Part shown: positions 19,605-28,868 of the stretch, in pieces
Position numbering within the stretch: position 1 is the stretch's first letter
Layout of the letters: every line of letters begins with the position of its first letter
Assembly: GCA_965224705.1 (NCBI GenBank)
Contig: OZ245056.1
Location: forward strand, 2,816,001-2,880,000
DNA from: Spirochaetaceae bacterium
Lineage (GTDB): Bacteria; Spirochaetota; Spirochaetia; DSM-2461
DNA: 64,000 nt
Direction of reading: 5' to 3'
Notes under the pieces: model-generated
Database searches by the model: none
Told to the model about the DNA's origin: nothing
Seen by the model: the letters and a program-made list of their open reading frames with translations, nothing else
Program-made: the position numbers and the translations under genes

Positions 19605-22145
19605 GTGACGATGAAACGTATTCAAACGATGGCTGTTTTCCTCGGCTTACTGATGGTTGGAATCTCGTCGTTTATCGGCTGTATACAGCCCCAGGCAGAG
19701 ATACCTGCCCTAAGCTGGCCGGAAGGACGCGAACCAGTCGTTATTCCCGGTATTGGTGAGTTCCAACTGCAAGCCGGACAGCCGGAAGGAGATGCCACTC
19801 TGCTTCTCTATTACTATGGATTGGCAGCAACGCCGAAACCCGAACCAGAGGCGAACTCTGAGGTAGACTGGGAGAACTGGACCCGGCTGGTAGAGCCGGG
19901 GGTTTACTCGGCCGAGGCCGGTTCATACAATCTCTATGCCGTGGCAAGCGATGCGTATGGCAATGCCGCGCGGTCCGAAAGCATTCCCTTCGTGGTGAAG
20001 TCGATTCCAACGTGGACGACTCTCCCCGGTGTAGACAACTCTGAACCCAACCAGTTTTCCCTAACGTCACCTGGAAGCGCCGTGGGAACGCCGCAGCCGA
20101 CACTGAAGTATTACTACGCGTCAGCCGGTACTTCGCCGCCGGACGCCGATGGAGACTGGAATGATTTTACTGCGATCTCTGCCGGTGCCGTTGTGGCTGG
20201 ACTGCCGGGAGGAGATTACGACCTGTACGGCCTTGCGGTGGGCGGAGCATCCAGCGCGAAATCCGACAAGGTGAGCTTCACCGTGAATGGAGCCCCCGAA
20301 TGGAGCAGCCCGCCGACCGTGGATACCTCCAGGAACGGCCAGTTCATTGTGAATCCTGGTGTGGTTCTGGGCGGACCTGCCCCAACGGTAATTTATTACT
20401 ATGCTCCTGCCGGAACATCAGCTCCTGCCGCAGATAGTGGAATCTGGACGGGTTTCACGGAAGTTGTCATAGATGATGCAATCATCGTAACGGCCGGCGA
20501 CTATATTCTGTATGGAACGGCGGATAATACCAACGGCACCGATAACACGGTTCGAACTGCGGAGATTGCTTTCACGGTGAAGGCGGCCACTCTTAATACG
20601 CCGCCATCTCCGGGAGTCGATATCACCACAGCAGGAGAGTTCACGGTAACGGCGGTTACCGCCACAGGTGAGCCGGCCCCGGAATTGAAGTATTACTATG
20701 CGGCGGCTGGCACCTCCGTGCCGACCGATGATGAATGGAAGGATTTCACCGACATCACCACAAAAGTGGAGGCTGGTGAAGCCATAATAACCGGGGACAC
20801 CAGCGATACCGATTACGATCTCTACGCCGTCGCGGACAACAATGCCGGCAGCAAGAACTCGCCAGTTAGCACCTTCACGGTGACCGCTGCGATTTTGCCG
20901 ACCTGGGACACCCTCCCGACAGTCACCAGTGATACTCGCAATGAGTTTACTATTGCGGCAGGCGCCTCATCCGGAACCCCAACGCCGACAGTGAAGTACT
21001 ACTATGGAGATAGTGGCCAGGCGGCTTTGGCTTCCGCTGAGGAATGGGAGGCCAGCTACTACTTTGAAGAAGTCATCCCCGGCGAGGTGAAGACAGTACG
21101 CGATGGCGACTACGATCTCTATGGCGTGGCGGTGAACAACGCCGGCACCGGGGTATCCAATGTGGTCGGGTTCCAGGTGGAGGCATCGATAGAATGGGAT
21201 TCCGCTCCTGTCGCTGCCGTAACCCTTCAGCAAGCCGTGAGTCCCGTTGAGTGGAAAATTGAGGTGACCGATTCAATGGCGCGGAACACGGTCGGAGCAA
21301 CGATGAAATTCTATTACGGTCTTCATACCGCCGCGCCGCCCGCGGACGCGGGGGGCGATTGGGGCGGTGCCGGTTTTACCGAAGTCACCGACACGAGCGC
21401 CATACTGGCGGGGGGAGTCACTTTGACTGCCCCCCCTTCCGGGAGTTATCATCTCTACGGTACGGCAGAGAACAGTTATGGGAGCGTTATTTCCCCACCG
21501 AGATCGTTTTGGATAGAGGAACCGGAAGAGCCCTCATGGACAAGCCGTCACAGCGTGACGGTTCCAGCCATTACCGACACGAATAGTTTCCGGCTTTCTC
21601 CGGCAGTGGCCGATGGTTTCCCAACTCCAACGGTAACCTACTACTATGGAACACATGTGGCTTCTCCGAACTGGCCGACCGACTGGACAGATAACGGATA
21701 TGAAGAAATCGAACCCAATGAGGATGTCCACGTGTTCCCCGGCGACTATGATGTTGTCGCTGTGGCGGTGAACGATCTGGGTACCAAAATCGCCAATGAA
21801 GAGATAACGGTAACAGGCGGAAGTATCGTGAGCCTGATAACGGCGCCAACCGTTGACAGCAGTAGTACAGCGGGTCGTTTTACCATCACTGCCCCCTCGA
21901 AGACGAACAGCAGTGATGGGAATGTCGAGTTAGCCTACTACTACATCCATAGCGACGATGCGCCGCCGAATGACATAACGTCCTGGACATACTTTGACCC
22001 TTTAGACTGGGCTGAGCGCAATTTTAACTCCGCCGAGTTTAATATTGCGAAAACCGTGTCTCCAGGGACTTACCATCTGTACGGCGTGGCAAGAGGCGGG
22101 GGGGCCGTCAAAGTGTCGCGCAAGGTAGACTTCACGGTCAATTAA
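19605..22145 (+). CDS. Lipoprotein made of 8 tandem ~100-aa Ig-like repeats
   Basis: Lipobox FIGC; repeat consensus P.W...P.V....G.F....G...G.P.PT..YYY...W...G.Y.LY.VA.N..G...F.V; start GTG 19605 or ATG 19611. Confidence 0.8.
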   Translation: MTMKRIQTMAVFLGLLMVGISSFIGCIQPQAEIPALSWPEGREPVVIPGIGEFQLQAGQPEGDATLLLYYYGLAATPKPEPEANSEVDWENWTRLVEPGVYSAEAGSYNLYAVASDAYGNAARSESIPFVVKSIPTWTTLPGVDNSEPNQFSLTSPGSAVGTPQPTLKYYYASAGTSPPDADGDWNDFTAISAGAVVAGLPGGDYDLYGLAVGGASSAKSDKVSFTVNGAPEWSSPPTVDTSRNGQFIVNPGVVLGGPAPTVIYYYAPAGTSAPAADSGIWTGFTEVVIDDAIIVTAGDYILYGTADNTNGTDNTVRTAEIAFTVKAATLNTPPSPGVDITTAGEFTVTAVTATGEPAPELKYYYAAAGTSVPTDDEWKDFTDITTKVEAGEAIITGDTSDTDYDLYAVADNNAGSKNSPVSTFTVTAAILPTWDTLPTVTSDTRNEFTIAAGASSGTPTPTVKYYYGDSGQAALASAEEWEASYYFEEVIPGEVKTVRDGDYDLYGVAVNNAGTGVSNVVGFQVEASIEWDSAPVAAVTLQQAVSPVEWKIEVTDSMARNTVGATMKFYYGLHTAAPPADAGGDWGGAGFTEVTDTSAILAGGVTLTAPPSGSYHLYGTAENSYGSVISPPRSFWIEEPEEPSWTSRHSVTVPAITDTNSFRLSPAVADGFPTPTVTYYYGTHVASPNWPTDWTDNGYEEIEPNEDVHVFPGDYDVVAVAVNDLGTKIANEEITVTGGSIVSLITAPTVDSSSTAGRFTITAPSKTNSSDGNVELAYYYIHSDDAPPNDITSWTYFDPLDWAERNFNSAEFNIAKTVSPGTYHLYGVARGGGAVKVSRKVDFTVN

Positions 22146-22150
22146 AGGAG

Positions 22151-24274
22151 ATGGACATGAAACGGCATCATCAGGCTTTCTTCATGCTCGCGCTGGTTTT
22201 GTATCTGGCGGGCTGCATCCAGCCGAATGGCGGCGATGAGGATGATCCGCCCTCGGAAACACCGGCGTCAGTGTGGAGCATCATGCCCCAGGCGGCAACT
22301 GATGTTAAAGGGCAGTTTACCCTCACGGAGGGTTCCGCGACGGAAAACCCAACGCTGAAATACTACTATGCCTTATCCGGCACGGCTTTACCGGCAGACA
22401 ATCTTCATGCCAGTTGGCTGGCGGCATCCTGGGCTCAGGTGGAGGATGTTCAAATACCGGTGCGCTATCTGGCCGCTGGAGAATACACGGTTTATGGAGT
22501 GGCGGCCAGCGGTCAGCATCGAACAAGAAGTGACGCAGCGACGGTTCAGGTAGAGGGAGCCATAGAGCCCCTCGTCTGGCACCAGAACCCGCAGGTTGAC
22601 GCTGATGAACAAGGCACGGTCAGAATAGATTCCAACGCCGAGGCCGTGAACGCCATCAATGAGAACACAGGAACACCCACAACCTATGCCGACCCCCTCC
22701 CCGACTATCGGTTTTACTATGCCAGGTACACCAGAGTTGAGGAAACCGGAGCGGAAATCAAACCAGTTCCGCCATCAGTTCCAACGGCCGGCGGCGATGA
22801 GAACTGGCAAAGTTCCGGCTGGACTGAGATAGCCGCGGCATCGGCCAAGACCCTGTCTTTTGGAAAATACGCGTTTTACGGTGTGGCTTCAAACAATGGA
22901 GGAAGCCTGAGATATGAATTCACCGATGTTGCGCTGGGAGGTATACCGGACTGGCCGGATGCTCCCCAGGTGGAGACCGGAGAGGAAGGCTCATTCACAT
23001 TGACAGGCTATGGCACTCCCGGCGGTTACCCCGCGGCGTCTCTTGATGATGCGGTTTATTACTACGGGGACGGCACTTTAACCCCGCCGGATGAGGAAGA
23101 ACAAGCTCAGCCGGAGAAATGGGCCGACAGGGGCTGGGAAATCGTTAAGCTAAACGAGCCTAAAACTGACATCACACCCGCCGCGAGAGACTACCAGCTC
23201 TATGGTGCGGCCGCGAATTCACTGGGAGTCGGCATAAAGAAAGTGGAGTTCACCGTGAACGGCCTGGCAGAATTTAAGAATGTCCCGGACAGATATTTTG
23301 ACAGTCTTCTCTATGCGACTCCGATCTCCTCCGATGGGGTACCATTCTATGTTCCTGAAGTTACCGGCGGGCGAACCGGCGAGTTGTTTTACAATCTGTA
23401 CGGTTATCTATACAGGAAGGATAACGACATTAACGTTATAGGAGGTCTCCGTATGCCGGAAAGCGACTCCGAATCTTTCAGAACATTCCAGGGTGCTGGG
23501 CCGGTAGATTACTATACTTCGCCGACCCATACAGGGTTCACTCCAATATACTTTGACGGGGAATTCTACCTTTTGGGGGGGATCTTCGACAATCAGCATC
23601 GGGACACGGTATCGAAGGTGGATGGATTTTTCTATAATTTGACTTGGAGTTACTCTAAACCCTACTGGGCTTTACCTGGTGGTTCCATTGAAATTGAAGA
23701 GATTCCTGACAGTCCCGGCTGGCTTCGTGGGCGATGGCCGGCAAGGGCTCATGCTTCCGCGGTAGCGCATGAGGGGGCTCTTTACCTGTTCGCGGGCGAG
23801 GGTGCCGATGGCGTTTTTTTCAACGATGTATGGAAGTCGGAGAGTGAAGGCCGAAACTGGGAGAAAGTCGCCGCGGCACCCTGGGCCCCCCGCAGCAAGG
23901 CCGGTACCGTGTCTTTCAACGGAAGAATATGGATTGCGGGCGGAGTGGGGGCTGACGATACCTACTTCGACGATGTGTACTCTTCCAGCGATGGTGAGAG
24001 CTGGACGAAGGAGCCGGAGTCAGGGGAGAAATGGGGCGGCCGCTCCCAACATTCCATGTTTGTTTTTCAGGACAGGTTATGGGTGACGGGGGGCCGCAAC
24101 GGCGATACAGTTTTATCGGATCTCTGGTACTCCTTCAACGGCAGGGAGTGGACTAAGTTCGGGAATTATCCCTATGTTTTATCCCACCCCGTGGCCCATT
24201 CCCTGGGGGATCGCATCTCCATCAAAGACATGGAAAAGATGACGGCGATTGAGGCCGAGTGGATAAATGAATGA
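22151..24274 (+). CDS. Lipoprotein: 3 Ig-like repeats + C-terminal Kelch-like beta-propeller
   Basis: Lipobox LAGC; APWAPRS...FNGRIWIAGG, DVYSSSDGESW, FQDRLWVTGG. Confidence 0.8.
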   Translation: MDMKRHHQAFFMLALVLYLAGCIQPNGGDEDDPPSETPASVWSIMPQAATDVKGQFTLTEGSATENPTLKYYYALSGTALPADNLHASWLAASWAQVEDVQIPVRYLAAGEYTVYGVAASGQHRTRSDAATVQVEGAIEPLVWHQNPQVDADEQGTVRIDSNAEAVNAINENTGTPTTYADPLPDYRFYYARYTRVEETGAEIKPVPPSVPTAGGDENWQSSGWTEIAAASAKTLSFGKYAFYGVASNNGGSLRYEFTDVALGGIPDWPDAPQVETGEEGSFTLTGYGTPGGYPAASLDDAVYYYGDGTLTPPDEEEQAQPEKWADRGWEIVKLNEPKTDITPAARDYQLYGAAANSLGVGIKKVEFTVNGLAEFKNVPDRYFDSLLYATPISSDGVPFYVPEVTGGRTGELFYNLYGYLYRKDNDINVIGGLRMPESDSESFRTFQGAGPVDYYTSPTHTGFTPIYFDGEFYLLGGIFDNQHRDTVSKVDGFFYNLTWSYSKPYWALPGGSIEIEEIPDSPGWLRGRWPARAHASAVAHEGALYLFAGEGADGVFFNDVWKSESEGRNWEKVAAAPWAPRSKAGTVSFNGRIWIAGGVGADDTYFDDVYSSSDGESWTKEPESGEKWGGRSQHSMFVFQDRLWVTGGRNGDTVLSDLWYSFNGREWTKFGNYPYVLSHPVAHSLGDRISIKDMEKMTAIEAEWINE

Positions 24275-26547
24275 TGGTTGGAGTGATGAAAATGAAAGCG
24301 AACACAACTATATGGATGATGCTGGCTATGCTGCCCCTTATGGCGATGGCCTGTATAAAAAATGCTCCTCCCCCGGTGTATGGCTTGTATCCCCCTACCT
24401 GGAGCCAGAGTCCCAATCTCGATGTTTCCGTGCTGGGAGAGTTCACAGTTGTACCGGGCGTGGTGAGCGCCAGTCCAGTAGCGTCGGTGTCCTATTATTA
24501 TGCTCCGGCGGAAACCAGGGCGCCGACGGAAAATGGAAAATCCGCATGGACGGCTGCCGACTGGACCCTCATCGAAGACATCGCCAAGCCGGTACAAGGG
24601 TTGGATGGCACACATCTGCTTTACGGAGTGGCCGTCAACACTCAGGGCACAGCCCGCAGCCCCCTCGCTCAGGCGGCTGTTATCACCGCCATTCCGCCAA
24701 GCGGCTGGAGTCGGCAGCCCCAGGTGGATTCCTCCGGAGTGGCGGGTAAATTCACCATCGTGGCCGGAGAGGCCATCGGCGGCGATCCGCCGCCAGAGTA
24801 CCACTATTACTATTCCAGGGCGGATCTCAATCGGAAACTGCCGGAAGCGGGGGAGAACCAGAAGGAGGATTGGCTGTATGAAGGGTGGACTTACACCGGC
24901 ACGTCAGAGGGGTTAACGGGAATCGAGGCTCAAGCATATAAGTATATCCTGTATGCTGTGGCGATAAACAATTCCTCCACAGGGATAAGAAGTGACGGGA
25001 TAACCTTTGAGGTGGACGGATTCGCTCCCGAATGGATTACGGAACCTCGGTTTATCCCCATCTCTTCCTCCCAATTCGGCCGTTTCACAATTGAACCCGG
25101 CAGCGCATCGGGTAACCCACCCCCAACGGTGAGGTATTATGTAATGAAGAGAGGCGAAACTCCGCCGCAAAGCGGCGACAATACCCACTCAGACTGGCTC
25201 GCCAGGAACCCGGCCTATTATTATGACAGCGGCAATATGAGTTCTGGTCAGGAATTCAGTATAACACCGGGATTCTATGAGGTCTACGCCGTGGCATCCA
25301 ACAAACATGAACCGCCCAGAAGAAGTGGCTCTATGGAACTGTTATTGCCGTATCTTAATGATAAAGTGTCGGTAATACAGGAGGCTCTTCCTCAAGAATG
25401 GAAGACTCGTGGTAAAGGTACGGATACTTTCGGAGCGGCAATCACCCTGGAAAATGGCCATGTCGTCTTAACAGGGGGCGACTTCGCACACAGCTATGTG
25501 TCCACGAACGGAGGAAAAACATGGGTGAAGCAAAGTTCAGAGTCGGGATTGGAAAATAGAGATTTCGGCACTCTGGTGGAGCATGATGGTGCAGTCTATT
25601 ATCTTGGCGGGAAGGATGAAGATGATGTCAATGGTGACTATCTTAGCGAGGTGTATGAGTCCACCGACGGTGGGATAACTTTTGACAAACTCCATGATGC
25701 GCCATGGCCGGGGCGGCAGTCTTCTACCGTCCTTTCCTATGATGGCAAGGTCTGGGTAATGGGAGGACATGGCGCGATCAGCGAGATCGCTTCTCATAGA
25801 ACTACCGAAAAAATGGGTATGCCTGATGTCTGGTATACGGATGACATCGCCGCGGGAGCGGGAGCTTGGAAAGAGGCCCCATCCCCACCCTGGGATGATG
25901 ATCCCGGTGTAGTGGAGGATCCAAATGGGTATGACACTTATGGAGCATACGCCGCTGGCGGGGTGGTGTTTGATGGCAAGATGTACTTCGGTGGGGGGTA
26001 TTCCGGGATTTCCTATAATAAGGGAAAAATCTGGGCAAGTACGGATGGGTTGGATTGGGAAGTTGTGACGACTGTGGCTTACAACACTGCAAGCAATTCT
26101 GGTTATAGAACTTCAATCGCCTCCATGTTTGTCTATCAAGATCGGCTCTTTGTATTTAACTTTGGTGAAGCGACAAAAACGTACTTTCTGGATGGTCAAC
26201 CTGTCGAACTTAACAATACCGGTGTATTGTATTATTTTGATACCACAATTTCAAGACTACAGCCTTATGAAGGCTTAACGCGAACACTGGCGGTTGGGAA
26301 TCTTATAGATATGGGCGATAGTATCGAGTATAAAAATAAAAATTTACTTCTTAATAGATTCTGGCATGCGTTCGGATGGGGCGATGGCCAGCATGGGGGT
26401 GGTATTCGATTTCTCCCATTGAGAATTACTCATTATATTCATGGTACTTCTAGTAGCCCCTCTATAGGTACCGACCGCTACGGTGGTGAAATACCCCTCA
26501 AAGATTACTATATCACCATGGGTATCGAATGGTTCAGTGGACTGTAG
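24271..26547 (+). CDS. Lipoprotein: 3 Ig-like repeats + Kelch/Asp-box-like beta-propeller
   Basis: Lipobox AMAC; STNGGKTW, STDGGITF, APWPGRQ...YDGKVWVMGG, FDGKMYFGGG. Confidence 0.8.
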   Translation: MMVGVMKMKANTTIWMMLAMLPLMAMACIKNAPPPVYGLYPPTWSQSPNLDVSVLGEFTVVPGVVSASPVASVSYYYAPAETRAPTENGKSAWTAADWTLIEDIAKPVQGLDGTHLLYGVAVNTQGTARSPLAQAAVITAIPPSGWSRQPQVDSSGVAGKFTIVAGEAIGGDPPPEYHYYYSRADLNRKLPEAGENQKEDWLYEGWTYTGTSEGLTGIEAQAYKYILYAVAINNSSTGIRSDGITFEVDGFAPEWITEPRFIPISSSQFGRFTIEPGSASGNPPPTVRYYVMKRGETPPQSGDNTHSDWLARNPAYYYDSGNMSSGQEFSITPGFYEVYAVASNKHEPPRRSGSMELLLPYLNDKVSVIQEALPQEWKTRGKGTDTFGAAITLENGHVVLTGGDFAHSYVSTNGGKTWVKQSSESGLENRDFGTLVEHDGAVYYLGGKDEDDVNGDYLSEVYESTDGGITFDKLHDAPWPGRQSSTVLSYDGKVWVMGGHGAISEIASHRTTEKMGMPDVWYTDDIAAGAGAWKEAPSPPWDDDPGVVEDPNGYDTYGAYAAGGVVFDGKMYFGGGYSGISYNKGKIWASTDGLDWEVVTTVAYNTASNSGYRTSIASMFVYQDRLFVFNFGEATKTYFLDGQPVELNNTGVLYYFDTTISRLQPYEGLTRTLAVGNLIDMGDSIEYKNKNLLLNRFWHAFGWGDGQHGGGIRFLPLRITHYIHGTSSSPSIGTDRYGGEIPLKDYYITMGIEWFSGL

Positions 26548-26558
26548 GAGCAGATTCT

Positions 26559-28586
26559 ATGAATGCAGCAAAAGATGGAGTCCTGAAAAAATATAAGCAG
26601 CATTTCAAATCGGCAGGAGCCCTGAGCCTCGGCCTATTCATCCTGTGGGTACTGACGGGATGCCCCGGCTCTCCCAGCCCCCCAGTGATAACAGCGCCTA
26701 TCTGGAATCGTGCGCCGGAGATTTCCAGCGCAGCGAAGGGTCAGTTCACGGTTAAAGCAGGCGAGGCCGTCGGCACGGCCCCACTGGTGCTGAGTTATTA
26801 CTGGGCGGGACCGGGAGTGGAGCCGCCGCCTCTTGGCGGGCAGGCCGCCCCCATGTCTGACTGGACTGATGCGGGATGGATTAAGCTTGAAAGCTTTGAT
26901 GAACCGATTACCGAATTGAAAATCGGCGGCCAGTACACAGTGTACGGGGTGGCGAAAAACAGCGGAGGATTCAAGCGAACCTCCGCCTCGACAACGGTTG
27001 GTGAACCGGTCGGACCGAAAGACTGGAGTAAGGAACCGGCCATCGATCAAACCGCCTTGAGCCACGGGCAGCTTCTGATAACAGCGGGGGCAGTTCAGGG
27101 AGACGGGGGGGCGGCGTTGGATCCGGCGGCGGACATCCGTTACTACTATGCGGCGGTTGGCACCAATCTTCCCGATAAAGATCGGGATGCCGACTGGACG
27201 GGTGTCGGCTGGATCCCCATTGCCGCCGATGTGGAATTGACGCCTGTTCCGGGTGATTACGCGGTCCATGCCGTGGTGTCCAACAATGGCGGAGCTCTTC
27301 GGCACGATCTTGGTTCCGCGCAAGTGTCAGCCAATAATCCGATGTGGTTAACAATGCCGCAGGTGGAGACCAGCGATCTTCCTGGTGTTTTCACCTTGAC
27401 CGATGGCGGCACTGTGGGGGGAAACCCCTACCCCGATGATCTGAGCTACTATTATGCTGTTGATGACTATCCCCCTACTGGCGACGATATTGCTAATCCT
27501 GACAGTTGGACGAATAGTCCGAAAAAATGGAAGAAAATCGAGGTGGGAGAAACCGCCACCGGCCTTGTTCCCGCCAGCCGTGAGTATAAGCTCTACGGTG
27601 TAGCGAAGAACACTGATGGTGCTGCCGCCGCTTTATCCGGAGAGATCAAATTCCTGGTTAAGGGATTCTCGGGCTGGGATAACGAAAATAGCGATAGTAA
27701 GGAATCACAGCTAAGCGAAGCCGCTATCCTTGGGTACAATGAGGATATTTTGATTCTCGGGGGAGATAAAAGCGGAACATACCAAACGAAAATTTGGCGG
27801 GGGAAATTCCAGAATAGCCGGTGGGAGTGGACATCTCTCGACACAGGGATGACTAAGGGTATTGCCGCTCCTTCAGCCCTGAAAGATGAGGGAGGCAATA
27901 TATACATTATTGGCGGCAAATTCTCAGGAACCGAGTTTTCCGACAAGGTATGGAAAGGAGTACCATCAGGCGATAGCTTTACCTGGACGGAACTGACAGA
28001 TGATGCGAACTGGTCAGAGGGACGATGGACTGCGAGATGGGGCGCCAGTGTCGCCTATCATGATGGCACCATGTATCTCATGGGGGGAACAGATCAAGAC
28101 GGCAACACATACAACGATGTATGGAAATCACTGGATGGCAGGAACTGGACGGAATTGACAAGTGCTGCTGAGTGGTCGATACGCCGTAATTCGGCCGCGG
28201 TATCACACGACGGGAGGCTGTGGATGCTGGGCGGTCTGAAGGGCGGTTCGGCACGAGTCAACGATGTCTGGTACTCGACAGGAAGCGGGGAAGAAGAAGT
28301 GGGCGTAAGCTGGGTACAGGCAACAGAGGAAGCTGAATGGTCCGACAGAGACGAACTGACCGCCGTCTCGTTCAAGAACAGAATCTGGGTAATGGGCGGT
28401 AGAGAATCATCCTCTTCCACTTATCTCGATGTCTGGCATTCAGAAGATGGAATCTCCTGGGAGAAGGCGGAAGATGTCGGCTTATCAGGGTTCAAGAGCA
28501 TCAATGGAGCCGTTGTTTTCGATGACAGTGTGGTTCTACGTGATAACTCGGCCAAGCAAATGGCCGGAGCATCCTGGATTGAGTGA
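26559..28586 (+). CDS. Lipoprotein: 3 Ig-like repeats + Kelch-like beta-propeller
   Basis: AGGAG RBS before ATG 26559; lipobox LTGC; HDGTMYLMGG, NDVWKSLDGRNW, HDGRLWMLGG, FKNRIWVMGG. Confidence 0.8.
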   Translation: MNAAKDGVLKKYKQHFKSAGALSLGLFILWVLTGCPGSPSPPVITAPIWNRAPEISSAAKGQFTVKAGEAVGTAPLVLSYYWAGPGVEPPPLGGQAAPMSDWTDAGWIKLESFDEPITELKIGGQYTVYGVAKNSGGFKRTSASTTVGEPVGPKDWSKEPAIDQTALSHGQLLITAGAVQGDGGAALDPAADIRYYYAAVGTNLPDKDRDADWTGVGWIPIAADVELTPVPGDYAVHAVVSNNGGALRHDLGSAQVSANNPMWLTMPQVETSDLPGVFTLTDGGTVGGNPYPDDLSYYYAVDDYPPTGDDIANPDSWTNSPKKWKKIEVGETATGLVPASREYKLYGVAKNTDGAAAALSGEIKFLVKGFSGWDNENSDSKESQLSEAAILGYNEDILILGGDKSGTYQTKIWRGKFQNSRWEWTSLDTGMTKGIAAPSALKDEGGNIYIIGGKFSGTEFSDKVWKGVPSGDSFTWTELTDDANWSEGRWTARWGASVAYHDGTMYLMGGTDQDGNTYNDVWKSLDGRNWTELTSAAEWSIRRNSAAVSHDGRLWMLGGLKGGSARVNDVWYSTGSGEEEVGVSWVQATEEAEWSDRDELTAVSFKNRIWVMGGRESSSSTYLDVWHSEDGISWEKAEDVGLSGFKSINGAVVFDDSVVLRDNSAKQMAGASWIE

Positions 28587-28692
28587 AGGCAGCAGGACGG
28601 AGGTCCATCCTGGCCGTAAAGCCGCCTTATATAGTGCCGCGAAGATTGTGAAACCCGAAATTCCTGTGTTTCTTGAAGTCTTCTAAGCGGTC

Positions 28693-28859
28693 CAGGAGTC
28701 TGCCGGACTTTAAGGATTCGAGGCGATTTTTGATGATTTTTGTCCGATACAAGGCGGCAAAAGCGGAGCGTAGCTGGGCTCCGTGAGCATTTTGACAACT
28801 CGGTAGCGGGAAAAAAGGTCAAAAATCGAACCGTGAGACGTAAATCCGACAGCCTCCTC
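28693..28859. mobile_element. 167-bp MITE, copy 2 (same orientation as copy 1)
   Basis: caggagtctgccggactt...aaatccgacagcctcct; interior nearly identical to 19292-19458. Confidence 0.85.
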
Positions 28860-28868
28860 GCATGTTCT

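Noticed and set aside
19317..19625. ORFs 19317-19625, 28421-28921 and 28740-29084 overlapping the MITE copies (the first two share peptide text)
   Set aside because: The shared sequence is simply translation of the MITE copies
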